A stretch of DNA of 64,000 bases from Octopus vulgaris (taxonomy: Eukaryota): NCBI GenBank assembly GCA_951406725.2, contig OX597815.1:75020001-75084000 (forward strand), read 5' to 3'. Every line of letters starts with the position of its first letter. Position 1 is the first letter of the stretch. Below the pieces are notes generated by a model, which had not been told where the DNA came from, ran no database searches, and saw only the letters and a list, made by a program, of their open reading frames with translations. A program made the position numbers and the translations under genes. This document shows positions 1 through 12,697 of the stretch, piece after piece.

Positions 1-29
1 ATAATGTAGGTTCATCTAGGAGTTTTGAC

Positions 30-610
30 TGCACATGATCAAGGTGTTTCTTGAAATCATCTGCCCCCAACTCTGTATAGATCTCACAGGTTTTTTTAGC
101 AATATATTAAAAAAGATCTGAGCCTTTGAATCCCAAGGTATTGCAGTAACTGATCCTTACTGTAGATAGTTTATGGGACCTTTAATTTTTAGCGTCTGCT
201 TTGCTTTCTCTTTTATAGACAGCACATATTATGCCATCCTTTAATTTTCTGCACATATGCCCTCCTTTAATTTTCTCCACTTGCAAGGAAGCTTTGAAAG
301 AGGATTTGCTGTAATCTTGCTAGGGTCTTTTTACATTTTTTTAATGAGGATTGCTGGTAATCTATCAGTCCCAGAGGCTGAGTTTAAGCTCATTTCATCA
401 ATGGGCATTCCTATTTTGATGTAATTGATAATTATCATTCCTTCATGTAGAGCTGTGGTGCTGAAGAATTCATCAGGCATAGTGGTCAGATAGGTTTCTG
501 TCAGTGCTATGCATATTGCTTGATTACTTGTAACTGGGTCTCTCAGGTATGGGGGTTTATATTATGGTGGAATATTATGAGGCTCTTGGCATTCAGCAGG
601 AACAGTGTGT
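30..610 (-). mobile_element. Degraded LINE fragment (APE/RT linker, CR1/L2-like)
   Basis: Minus-strand translation gives PYLRD...ICIALTET and SASGTDRLPAILIKKCK, similar to the element at 1713-5280; many disruptions. Confidence 0.5.
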
Positions 611-734
611 AGTGTATGGTGTGACAGTAGTGGCTACTGCTGATATTATTTGGAGTTTTCCTGTAAGGAACTGATGTTTAATGATGATACAAAGCTCCAT
701 CTTTGGAATGTAGATAAAAAAATGTCACGTTTTA

Positions 735-985
735 AATTTAAGAAAAGTTTTGCATATTTTTACTGTTCCATTTACAGATTATATTTGCAATATGCATGTT
801 AGCTGGTTGATTTTTCTGAAAAGTCCTAGCCTTTCCAAATTATCACTTAGGCATTTATTCACAAAACCAAGTGCACCTACTATTATTGGTATCAATATGA
901 ATTTGTAATCTGTGTATAGAAGCTGATCTCTGTGACAATACATACTTTTCTTTTGTGACTCAAATATTGAGATCCAGCCTGTTAT
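735..985 (-). mobile_element. 3' fragment of an R4/Dong-type (RLE) LINE
   Basis: Minus strand reads YKFILIPIIVGALGFV...NLERLG...GTVKICKTFLKF, homologous to 50698-50883. Confidence 0.65.
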
Positions 986-1712
986 GTTTGCACTTATGTA
1001 TGGATATGTGTGTGTACATATGTACCTATGTATACATATTTTTAGATCATTCTATTTTCCCAGCTTTTCTTTATTCATTTTTTGTTGGTAGGTGGTAGTT
1101 AAAAAACAATTTGTAGTGCTGCTCTGCAAATTGGACTTTTTTATGTTTAGATTTTTCATTGTGGTGCTCCAGCGAATTTATCAAGCATAACTGAAATACA
1201 TAAAAGAAGAATAGTATGTCAAATTTTATAAAAGAATCATAATAGTATGTCAAATCTTATAAAAGTGAACATTCTGAGTCATAGAGCATAGTATTTGACA
1301 ACTACAAAACAGAATTAACACATGACTGTTGACGTAGACGCCTAATGGTTAAAAGTTTTTTACGGTAATGTCTACATAGATTTTACTTCTCTAAAAGTGG
1401 CAATGATGGTCTCTCCTGTCATTGATGACAGAATAGGGTTTTTACTGAATAATCTGCATTGATGATTTGTTTATAGTGATTGAATTAGCTCACTTACTTA
1501 ATCAAATTGATATTGTCTCCATTGGTGCATGGTATGCCACAAGTCAGATGTCTAAGTGATTGCAGAGCGACATGAAATGAAGTCTTTTGCTCAAGAACAT
1601 AATGTATTGCCTGGGTACGATAATTTAAACCATGACTTCATGATTGTGAGTGCAATACCCTAACCACTAGGCCATATGCCCTCACTAAAAGTTGTAATAC
1701 TGAATCCAAATA

Positions 1713-4700
1713 TATATGGGCATCTGTCCCATACGGGATAACAGATATTTATGGGCACCTGTCCATACGGGATAACAGGAAAAAATTGCCCCCACCTCCA
1801 CCCCAAATACTGTCCTAAATACAGAATCCATGGTTCTGATCCTAAATACGGATGCATAAAAGGCAATGGATGCACCTTATTCCATCCTAAACTGTGCCAA
1901 ACTTCTGTCTCACAAAGGATGTGCCTGAACCCAGAATGCAACCACCACCATCTGAAGGGCACAAAACAATCACAGAATAAATATAAACAGGAACAGAGGA
2001 AATCTAGGACAACAACAAGAACAAAATACAACCACGTTTCCCCTCCTACAATCAAACAACGTAGACAGAACCATGTAAAAACACCAAATAACGCCAACAT
2101 GAAATACGTATCCTCTGACCAAGTGGCAAACCAAACAAGTAACTCTTTTTTACTGACATATCTAGAAAATATGAAGGCCGACCTAAGCCAGGAGATCCAG
2201 CGAGCTATCACCAACCATCTATGCAAATCACAAGGACCACTCACCCATTACCAACTTCCCTTACCTTGACATTCCTGTTAAATGTACGTGGCATCAACCC
2301 ATCAATTATTGCCCAAAAATGGAAGATCCCATATATAGAGACTCACCTGAACAACACCCATATGGACGCAGAGGTGAAAATAAAAGATTTCACCATTGTT
2401 CGTGCGGATTGCACAGACCGAAATAAGGGAGGGACAGCCATCTTTATCCATGACTCCTTTTCACTTGATGCCAAGGACATATTTTCCAATGGCTACTGTG
2501 AATCAGTATCACTATACAACAAAGCCAATGACATAACCATTGTTGGTCTTTACAGGCCTCCCCAGGCACCTCTAAAGTACTTTGAAGAGTGCCTTAGCAA
2601 AGTCAAGTCCTTCCTTCGGAAGTACCACTCCGGAAACATACTAGTGATGGGTAATTTTAACCTCCCTCATGTGAACTGGCCCACAAATACTCTGAAGTTA
2701 GGCAAGTGCTCTACATCAGATAGAGCAGCAGCAGAACTGCTCTTTAATCTGATGGATGAGTATTTCTTGACTCAGCTAGTGCTTGAACCAATGAGACAGA
2801 ATAAAACGATCTTGGATCTGGTATTGACCAATCACTCTAGCTACGTTCACAGTATTTCAGTCGAAAAACTCTCCTCTCAGACCACGACATGGTACTCTGC
2901 AATCTTAATTCCCGACATATAAAAACCAAACCAGCCAATCCCACTCCATGGCACCCATTTGACAACATAAACTTCCACAAAGTGGACTGGGGAACAATCA
3001 GAAAGGATCTGTCTTCCATCGACTGGTCTTTTACTCTCAATTCCCTTCATATTGAGACCGCGTGGCAGCACTTTGAAAACATTGTCACCTATACATGCTC
3101 TAAACACGCTTCCAAGAAATCTACTAACACAAACAGAAACCGGCTCCCTAAAAAGAAAAAAACACTCATCAGGCGCATCAAAAGACTCAACCAAAAAATC
3201 AACCAATTAAAATATTCCCACACACAACATCCACATTCAACAACAATGAAAAGACTAGAGCTGGAAAAACTTCATCTGCAGACCAACATGAAAACCTCCA
3301 TTGAAAATCAAAGAGCTGTGGAGGAACAATGGGTAATCAAAAACATCAAACAGAACCCAAAAGTGTTCTATTCTTATGCAAATAAGCATAGAACCACTGT
3401 CTCACCCATTGGGCCATTGATTGATGATAACGGCATTCCCCAACACGATGCTAAAGAAATGGCAGAAATACTGCAGAAACAATACTGCTCTGTCTTTAGT
3501 GTTCCCACTGATATTGACGTAAGGGAGATGAACGAAGTTGACTCCCAACACAAAATCTCAGACATAACCTTCACTGCCACCGACATTGTAGCAGCAATAA
3601 ATGAGGTCAAACATTACTCTGCTGTAGGCCCTGATAGATTTCCCGCTAGTCTCCTGAAGGAATGTAGATACCAACTTGCAGTCCCTCTGACCAACCTCTG
3701 GAGAAATTCGTTAGACGCAGGTTATATACCGAAACAGTTTCTATCCCAGTCGGTCATCCCGGTTTTCAAACAGGGAAACAGATCTCTCACAGTCAACTAT
3801 CGCCCAATCTCACTCACCTCCCACATCATTAAAGTGTTTGAAAGAGTGTTAAGATCAAGGATAGCTGATTTCCTGGAGACCCACAAACTCCTAAATGCAA
3901 ATCAGCATGGCTTTCGCTGTGGCAGGGACTGTCTAACACAGCTCTTACATCACATTGAAGATGTACTCAAAGCCTTGGGAACAGGTTCGAACTCTGTCGT
4001 CATATATCTTGACTTCAGTAAAGCGTTCGACAGGGTAGACCATAACATCCTACTCTCAAAATTGGCAAACGTTGGAATCCGTGGAAAAGTTCTACACTGG
4101 ATTAAGTATTTCCTGGCGAATAGAACACAACATGTTGTAGTTGATGGAGTCCACTCAAACCCAGCAAAAGTCACCAGCGGTGTTCCCCAGGGAACTGTTT
4201 TGGGTCCGCTACTCTTCATAATTTACATAAACGACCTTTCCAGTGTCGTACATTACTGCAAAGTGAAAATATTTGCTGATGACACTAAGCTCCAGCAAAT
4301 CGTCAATGAAGAAGCAGACTGAACTCAACTCCAATCTGATCTATATGCTGTGAGTCAATGGGCAGACAGAAACAAAATGCAACTGAATGAGGGAAAATTT
4401 GAGCTGATGCATTTTGGAAGAAATTCCTCACTAAAACAACCATACTCTCTTCCTTCAGGGGAACCGCTCACAGCCTCTAACAATATCAGAGACCTGGGTG
4501 TAATTGTTGATGACGATCTCAGTTGGAGTGCACACATCAACAAGAAGGTTGATATAGCTCGTAGGATGAGTTCCTGGATCTTAAGAACTTTCCGGTCCAG
4601 AGAACAAGGTGTCATCATACCACTTTTTTCCTCCTTTGTATGGCCACACCTTGAATACTGCTGCCCACTGTGGTCTCCTCACACAAGGCAAAACATCTCC

Positions 4701-5280
4701 AGAATTGAGTCACCCCAGAGGGCACTCACTAAACAGATTGAAGGCATGGCTGCTCTCAATTATTGGGATCGCCTTAAAGCCTTGAAACTTGACTCCCTCC
4801 AGCGTCGCCGTGAGCGGTACATCATTTGTACGATGTGGAAAATATACCGACAACTTTGCCCAAACGACCTAAACATTAGCTTCAAGGTTCATCCAAGACT
4901 TGGACCACGGGCTATACGTCCCCTGCCCAATTCAAGATCACAACATACATGTACACTGCAACATAATTTCTTTTCCTCAACAGGCCCTGCCCTATTTAAC
5001 ATTGTCCCGAGGGAGATCAAAGAGGAAAAGGATCCCATCAACTTTAAACAGAGTCTGGATAGATTCCTTCAAAGAATACCAGATAAGCCACCCATAATTG
5101 GATACAACTCACCCAACAAGAACTCACTACTTGAACAAAACTGGATACAACTCACCCAACAAGAACTCACTATTTGAACAAAACTTGACTTAAACAGGAT
5201 TCGAATAATCCTATCAGGTGGTGCTATTAAGTTAGACATGGCCTGGACCAATCTTTGGTCGAAACATATCTAAGTTTATA
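1713..5280 (+). mobile_element. 5'-truncated CR1/L2-group LINE in a GALT intron: partial ORF1 with Cys/His fingers, ORF2 APE + RT
   Basis: ORF 1751-2269 is C/H-rich; 2221-2922 has APE motifs (LLNVRG, KGGTAI, YRPP, GNFNLP, LDLVLTN); 2889-4322 has RT (NYRPISLTS, DFSKAFD, GVPQGTVLGP, FADD); C-terminal part to 5177; a frameshift near 2880 and a TGA at 4320. Confidence 0.92.
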
Positions 5281-6117
5281 TCACATCTTAATAATGAGGC
5301 TATGAAAGTTTAGAAACATCAATTATAGATCTAGAAGCTTCATTGTTCCAAACAGTGAAAAACATATACGGAAGCACAAAACTCTTTAATAAAAGCTAAA
5401 ACTGAGACATACTTTGTTTTTAAAAACTATATATCATCATCATCATCATTTAATGTTTGTTTTCTATGCTGATATGGGTTGGATGGTTCAAATTAAAAAG
5501 TGAGGCAGTGGGCTGTACCATGTTCTAATGTCTGCTTTAGCATGGTTTCTGCCACAGGATGCCTTTCCTAATGTCAACCACTTCACAGAGTGCACCAGGT
5601 CCTTTTTATGTAAAACTAGCACTGGTGAGATTTCTAAGTACTCACAAGACAAGACCCCCTTCAACTGAGTTGTGTATAGAATTGAGGGATAACAAACTAA
5701 AATAGAAGGACAGGAGCAGGTGTCTTGCTGAAGAGATGAATACATGGCTTGCCCGCCTGGGGAAAAAACAAAAGAGGGAGAGAGAGAGAGATATGTGAGG
5801 TTAAGGTATACTGTGAATATGAGGAGACAGAAGAGGAGAGAGGAGAGAAAAGGTGGATGTGTTGGTACATACCCCAAAATGAGAATAGTGACAAATGATT
5901 AGAGATAGGGAATGAATTAGATGCAGAGAATATCAGTTCAGTAGGTGAAGGATGGAAATAGGGTAGCACAGATGATTGATGAAAAAATGTGTGAACCTCT
6001 GTTCTGCTGACATGGATAGGTCTTAACCACAGCATATAACCATTCATTTTGGTCCCCCATCGTCTCCTTCAAAAGGTTTTCAACATCTTGAGGTCAGTCT
6101 CAACAACACAGTTTTCA

Positions 6118-6330
6118 GTTGCAGTTCAAACTGAAATTTTAGTGGTAAACCAAACTGAGCACACATAATACTTCCATTACATTACGTCAGTTGACAAAAT
6201 TTTCTTGTATATTATGCATATATATATATAACTCAGGTAATATTATATCTCGTGATATAAGGTAATAATAGACACTTACAATTAGTGTTCAAGTTGACTT
6301 GCTGCCTAAAACTCCAACTTGAACTGCAAC
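6118..6330. mobile_element. Degenerate MITE-like inverted repeat
   Basis: GTTGCAGTTCAAACTGAAATTTTAG at 6118 versus its imperfect reverse complement ending at 6330; weaker similarity extends ~50 bp. Confidence 0.45.
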
Positions 6331-6435
6331 AAAAAGTAGTGATTTTATAGCTAGCTGCTTAACAACAATTGGCTATAGTTAGTTTATCAGTTGAGCAGGT
6401 TAGTATATATGTAGAGATACAATTATATAAAATAT

Positions 6436-6723
6436 CCGAATGTGGCCGTTGCCAGCGCCGCCCTGACTGGCCTCTGTGCCGGTGGCATGTGAAAAGCACC
6501 ATCCAATCGGAGCCGTTGCCAGCCTCGTCTGGCACCTGTGCCGGTGGCATGTAAAAAGCGCCTACTACACTCATGGAGTGGTTGGCGTTAGGAAGGGCAT
6601 GCAACTGTAGAAACACTGCCAGATCAGACTGGGCCTGGTGCAGCCTTCTGGCTTCCCAGACCCCAGTTGAGCCGTCCAACCCATGCTAGCATGGAAAGCG
6701 GATGTTAGACGATGATGATGATG
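6436..6723 (+). mobile_element. RTE-LINE 3'-tail element ending in (GAT)n
   Basis: GGCGTTAGGAAGGGCAT...CCAACCCATGCTAGCATGGAAAGCGGA...(GAT)n. The same tail occurs on the RTE at 34563-36765 and at ~5435, 6775, 12010, 18358, 20520, 21388 and 25810. Confidence 0.75.
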
Positions 6724-6916
6724 TATATATATATATTTAAATAATATATTATCATATATATATTATATTTAAAAGCACCCATTACACTCTCAGAGTGGTT
6801 GGTGTTAGGAAGGGCACCCAACCATAGAAATCATGCCAAATCAGACTGGAGTCTTCCAGCCCTGGTCAAACGATCCAACTCATGCCAGCATGGACAAAGG
6901 ATGTTAAATGATGATG

Positions 6917-6966
<50 letters not shown>

Positions 6967-7238
6967 TATATACATACATATATATACATACATACATACA
7001 TATATATATACATATATATATATATATTATATATATTGGGCTTCTTTCATGTGAATCCACAAAGAATAGGTCAATTTGAGTCTATGGCAGAGGATATTTG
7101 CTAAAGGTGCTGTGCAGTAGGGTTGAGCCTGATACTATGTTTAGGGAACAATATCTGATCCCAAGATAATTTTCATGTAGTAATCCCTGACCAAATGGTT
7201 TGAGAGACTCTGCTACAGGTATCTGGTAAATGTGCTAG

Positions 7239-7373
<135 letters not shown>

Positions 7374-7565
7374 TAATTTGTTGCAATTTGTACCAGTTGT
7401 TTAGTGCAGACTATTTAGATGAGTAAATCATCCTGAAATTTCTCCATGTAATTATATCATTAAAATAGTCTGTCAAAAATTTGTTGTCATTTTTCCATCG
7501 AGAAGAGCCAAGTCTGCTATTTGGTTTCTGTTAATTTTATTTTCACTTTCATTCATTGCTTATGT

Positions 7566-7814
7566 CAGTGGTTCTCAGCTAGGGACCATTTGACCTTTGA
7601 GGGTCCATATATTTTGTCATTAAAATTTATGTACAACAAATTGGTTATTCTTCTACAATACATAAAATATTTCAACAATTTTTTAAATACAATTCCTAAT
7701 AATATAAAAATACAAAAGAATCTTTTGAAACATAAAATGGCTATGGTGGTCCACCCCAGTGAATTAGAAATCAAAGGAGTCAGTCCATATGAAGAAAATC
7801 ATTGAGAACCACTG
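7566..7814. mobile_element. hAT (Charlie-like) MITE
   Basis: TIR CAGTGGTTCTCA...TGAGAACCACTG; flanks GCTTATGT / GTTTATGT form an 8-bp TSD with one mismatch. Confidence 0.85.
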
Positions 7815-8057
7815 GTTTATGTCTTTGTTAAAACCACAGTAGGTATTACTGATGACTCTGTATATGAAGCTTGCTTCATAACCATGTGATTGTGAGTTTT
7901 ATCTCCTGGTATGACATCCTGAGCAAATATTTTTTTACTGTGACCTTCTGCCAATTAATAACTTGTGTGTGGAAATGATAGAAGGATACTTTATTAAAGA
8001 CAACCATATGTATGTGTATATGCATGTGTGTACACACACACATACATATATGTATAT

Positions 8058-8559
8058 AATATAATAATAATAATGAAATTATTGTATACAGTGCTCAGGT
8101 GCACCACAACTTGTCAGAAAGTGCATATAAAGTACATGCAGTAATGTAGAAATGTCTGGAAAGTGAACATGCTTGTGTGTGTATGAAGGGGAGAAAATCA
8201 AGTGTAGTGTCGGCGAATCTCAGGAAGCATGGAAGTCTTGAAGGATGCAGTGCTCCGACAACTAACAACCGATGCCGGCAGTTTGTTCCACGCTTCAGCA
8301 ACTCTCACCGTGAAAAAATGTTTCCTGAAGTCATGGGAGCTGTGCTGTTTTCTTACTTTGTAAATATGTCCACGGGTGTTAGATGGGTGGAGTTTGAAGA
8401 GGTGCTCAGAGTTATTGTTTGTGCGATGGTTGATAATTTTATGGGTGTCTGCCAAGTCAGCTGCCAGACGTCGGAGTTTCAATGTGTCCATGCCCAGGGA
8501 AGTAAGGCGTTCAGGATATGGCAAATGCCTGATGGAGGGTATTCTTTTGGTTGCACGTC
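8058..8559 (-). mobile_element. CR1-type LINE 3' fragment
   Basis: PYPERLTSLG...TRGH...FFTVRVAEAWNKLP; near-identical to 45306-45810; (TTA)n tail. Confidence 0.9.
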
Positions 8560-9667
8560 AAGCACACACACAAACACACAAAACATGCACTTATATAGGT
8601 ATTAGCAATAGTTGCATGGTTAAGAAGTTTGCTTCCCAACCACATGGTTTTGGGTTCAGTCCCACTGTATGGAAACTATAGCTCCAGGCCATCAAAAACC
8701 TAAAGATCCTTGTGAATGGATTTGGTAGAGGGAAACTTGAAAGAAGCCTGTAGTATCATCATCATCATCATCATCATCTTTTAGCGTCCGTTTTCCATGC
8801 TAGCATGGTTTGGACGGTATATATATATATATATATACTAGCAGAATTGCCCGGCGTTGAATTGCTTGAAAGTACTGTTAATGATTGCACTGAATTATGA
8901 TGATTACTCAGGCAAATATTGATATAAGTTTATGGTGGGAGATAAGGACTTAACGATCAAACGTGTGCCATTGCATTGTTTTGGGGGAACCAAATTTCTG
9001 ATGAGCATTATAGGGGCACCAACTTTAAGTTTGAGAAAGTGTGGTGGTAGTCCGGGGTGCTCAAAGGAGTACCTCTATTGGATAGTTGATGACGTCCTCT
9101 GGGTCAGGAGTTGTATCGATAGACTGATATACATAGACTTCCCCAGGAATGAGTTTTAGCATTTCATCATTAATATGGTGAACAGTTTTATTCCTCGGGG
9201 CCAGTATAGCCTTTTTGCCAATCCAATCCATATTCTGATAATTAGCTTGTAGATCTGGGAACACTGCATCTCTGAGATCAGAAGGCGTCTTAACAATGGT
9301 ACAAATGGAATCGATGGCAATATTACCATTTTCATCCCCTGGTATTTTGCCTTCGCCATGTGCAAGAAGGGTGTGAGGAAATGCTGCTGATGTGATATTA
9401 CGTCGCATATGAGCACGCATATTGGTGTGAAGTTTGAGAGTTACTTCCCTTTATTTAAAAAAATATGCATTAAAATGGAAAAAAATGATGGTAAATTATT
9501 TGTAAAATCATAGACTCATCGTAGACGCGTGCTAATACCCAGAAGGGCTCGATATGAATCACGACTATAAGATACCCGGTTTTGGTTAAACTGCATTGCA
9601 AAATGTGGGAGTAATTAGGAATCTAAATCGGAGTAGACAGACACACAACCTTTCTTTTATATATAAA

Positions 9668-10347
9668 TATTTTCGTCCTAAAAAACTTTGTATGGATTGA
9701 ATGGTTACCTCTATGGAAATATATACACGCACATTATACATACATGTGTGTATAGATGAATATATAAATACATTTAAATATCTATATACACTTTTGGGCG
9801 ATCTTTCTTTTTCTTAGAGATAACTTTAGATCTTATATTCGTCCTAAAAAACTTTGTATGGAGTGAAAGGTTACCTCTATGGAAATATATACACACATAT
9901 TATACATACATCTGTGTATAGATGAATATATAAATACATTTAAATATCTATATATACTTTTGGGCGATCTTTCTTTTTCTTAGAGATAACATTAGATCTT
10001 ATATTCGTCCTAAAAAACTTTGTATGGAGTGAAAGGTTACCTCTATGGAAATATATACACACACATTATACATACATCTGTGTATAGATGAATATATAAA
10101 TACATTTAAATATCTATATACAGTTTTGGGCGATCTTTCTTTTTCTTAGAGATAACTTTAGATCTTATTTTCGTCCTAAAAAACTTTGTATGGAGTGAAT
10201 GGTTACCTCTATGGAAATATATACACACACGTTATACATACATGTGTGCATAGATAAATATATAAATACATTTAAATATCTATATACACTTTTGGGCGAT
10301 CTTTCTGCTACTTGGATATAGGTCTTATATTCGTTGTAAAAAACTTT
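9668..10347. repeat. 166-bp tandem repeat, 4 full copies plus a partial copy
   Basis: CGTCCTAAAAAACTTTGTATGG recurs at 9674, 9840, 10006 and 10172, with a diverged copy at 10332. Confidence 0.95.
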
Positions 10348-10412
10348 CCTGTCACACACTCACGCACACACACACACACACACTCACACACGTTAGCTTA
10401 CAATTTTATTTA

Positions 10413-10588
10413 TATATTTGCGTGTCTATGTGTGTAAAGTGGAAGTGGGAATGTAGAGTGAAATAGTCACTCACTACAGAAAGTGAATTAGTTTCACTTT
10501 ATATTTGCGTGTCTATGTGTGTAAAGTGGAAGTGGGAATGTAGAGTGAAATAGTCACTCACTACAGAAAGTGAATTAGTTTCACTTTA
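10413..10588. repeat. ~87-bp direct tandem duplication inside Helitron unit 1
   Basis: TATATTTGCGTGTCTATGTGTGTAAAGTGG...GTTTCACTT occurs twice in a row. Confidence 0.9.
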
Positions 10589-10839
10589 TTCGTTGCACAC
10601 TGTGTGTGTGCGTGTGGTGTAAACCACATTAAGAAAAGCATTTGACATACACACCAGAATGTGAGTTTTCTGTAAATTTTGCTTAATTGGAGTTTAAATT
10701 TAAAAAATTGGACCTGGCATGACCCGATGCATTCTACTCTTAAAAATGCTAGGTAAATTGTAATTGAAGAAATCCTATATTGTAGATTTCTATAAGTGAC
10801 AAAGGGAGGCAGATAAAATCTGCCTTTTATAATAAGAGA

Positions 10840-12001
10840 CTAGCAGTATCGCCCGGCGTTGCTCGGGTTGTAAGGGAAATAACTATATAAGCATTTTTAG
10901 AGAGTTATAGCCAAAAAATAGCAAAAGAAATGCATTAAAAATTGAAAAAAAATTAAGGTAAATTTTTTTAAATCATTGACACATCGTAGATATTTTTAGA
11001 GAGTTACTTCCCTTATATAAAAGCGAAAAAAATGCATTAAAATGGAAAAATATGATGGTAAATTTTTTTAAAATCGTAGACACGCGCTAATACCCAGAAG
11101 GGCTCGATATGAATCACGACTATAAGATACCCGCTTTTGGTTAAACTGCACCGCAAAATGTGGGAGTAATTACGAATGTAAATCGAAGGGGACAGACACA
11201 CAACTTCACTCTTATATAAAGATGCTTTTTTTTTTCAGTCATAGAGTTAGATTTATGAAGGTCTTCAGTAGAAAATCCTTCGAATTCTGACTCGCTGCTT
11301 GATATAATGAAATTCGTATCCATTTTTTGTCAGAATTACAAATTTTGAAAACACAATAGGAACAAATTTCGGAAAAAAATCTCCCATAATTCACGGAATT
11401 AAAATTACACTTCGATTTTTGTACAAAACTGTATTTGAAGTGTTTACGAAGTATAATACGTGTTTTCACGAATGTACTAAAGAGATTTACTCTGATATTC
11501 TCATTTAAATATGAATAGGTAAATTCGGGCGGTTTGGTAACGAAAGGGTTTATATAAGTGTCGTCTGTTTATACATAAACACTGTTTCATAGTTTCAGTT
11601 TAGTCTTCCTCAAATCACTGTCGCTAATTTACTCTCTTCCAAGAACATTTTCACTCACTGTTATCTGTTAGCTTCCCATACATTTTACTCATGTATCTAT
11701 CAGCGTGATAGACAGAAACAAATATTACATTTACTTTCATTTTATTCGTTGCCCACTGTGTGTGTGCGTTTGCGTGTGGTGTAAACCAGACTAAGAAAAG
11801 CATTTGACACACACACCAGAATGTGAGTTTTCTGTAAATTTTGCTTAATTGGAGTTTAAATTTTAAAAACTGGACCTGGCATGACGCGATGCATTGTACT
11901 CTTAAAACTGCTAGGTAAATTGTAATTGAAGAAATCCTATATTGTAGATTTGTATAACTCCCAAAGGGAGGCAGATAAAATCTGCCTTTTATAATAAGAG
12001 A
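10840..12001 (-). mobile_element. Non-autonomous Helitron unit 2
   Basis: 5' A|TCTCTTATT at 12001; 3' hairpin CCCGAGCAACGCCGGG then CTAG at 10843-40; the 5' ~260 bp are near-identical to unit 1. Confidence 0.88.
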
Positions 12002-12697
12002 TACACACTACAGGTTGGCATTTGGAAGCCATGCCAAAACTGACCTCGCCTGTGCTGATGCCACGTAAAAAGCACTTGGTCTTCTCTACGAGATGGAAGG
12101 GTATTCAACTATAAAAACCTTGCCAAAACAAACACAGTAGCCTGGTGTGGTCTTCTACCTGGCTGGCTCCTGTCAAACCATCCAACCCATGCCAGCATGG
12201 AAGACAGATGTCAAATAATGATAATGACGATGATAAATATGTATATATAGTAGTGTGGTCACGCTTGAGTGCTACTGGTTACATGTAACCCAGTATAATG
12301 TTACATGGTCAAGTCATCAGCAACCAAACTGGCAACTCCCACCAAGCTTTCTTGGTGAGGAGTGTGATTATTGAACACCCTGCAAGATGCAAAACAAAAC
12401 CCATCAAAGGGCTGAGGAACTCATAAAGGTCAACAGTCATCCAACTGAAGTTTGCTATTCATCAGTCTCATGGCATACGTACTCCAACTGTTGCTATCAG
12501 TAATACTGAAAAGTGTAAATGGTCCCACATAAGCAAATTACCACATTAAAAATGTCACTGTGTGGGCTGTCTAAGGGATTTGCTTGTTCCACTTTTTATC
12601 AAGATCATCCTGAAAAAGGAAAAGAAGAGGAGGGAAAAAAAATTCTTTAGCCCTCATGTGTTGAATGTGATGAGAGAGTGCATTATGTATATATATA

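Larger units (their letters stand above)
8838..10839 (-). mobile_element. Non-autonomous Helitron unit 1, with a PIF1-helicase fragment and an internal satellite
   Basis: 5' TC at 10839-38 and 3' CTAG at 8841-38 followed by T; 8930-9435 encodes AILAPRN...[25 protein letters not shown]...CNGTRL. Confidence 0.88.

Noticed and set aside
9668-10347. Regular repeat array as a possible CRISPR
   Set aside because: The 166-bp units are contiguous and near-identical with no unique spacers; the context is eukaryotic with no cas genes.
11250-11323. MDTNFIISSSESEFEGFS as a captured host exon in Helitron unit 2
   Set aside because: It is a short low-complexity acidic motif of the kind common at transposase N-termini, with no clear splice sites; unsupported without a search.
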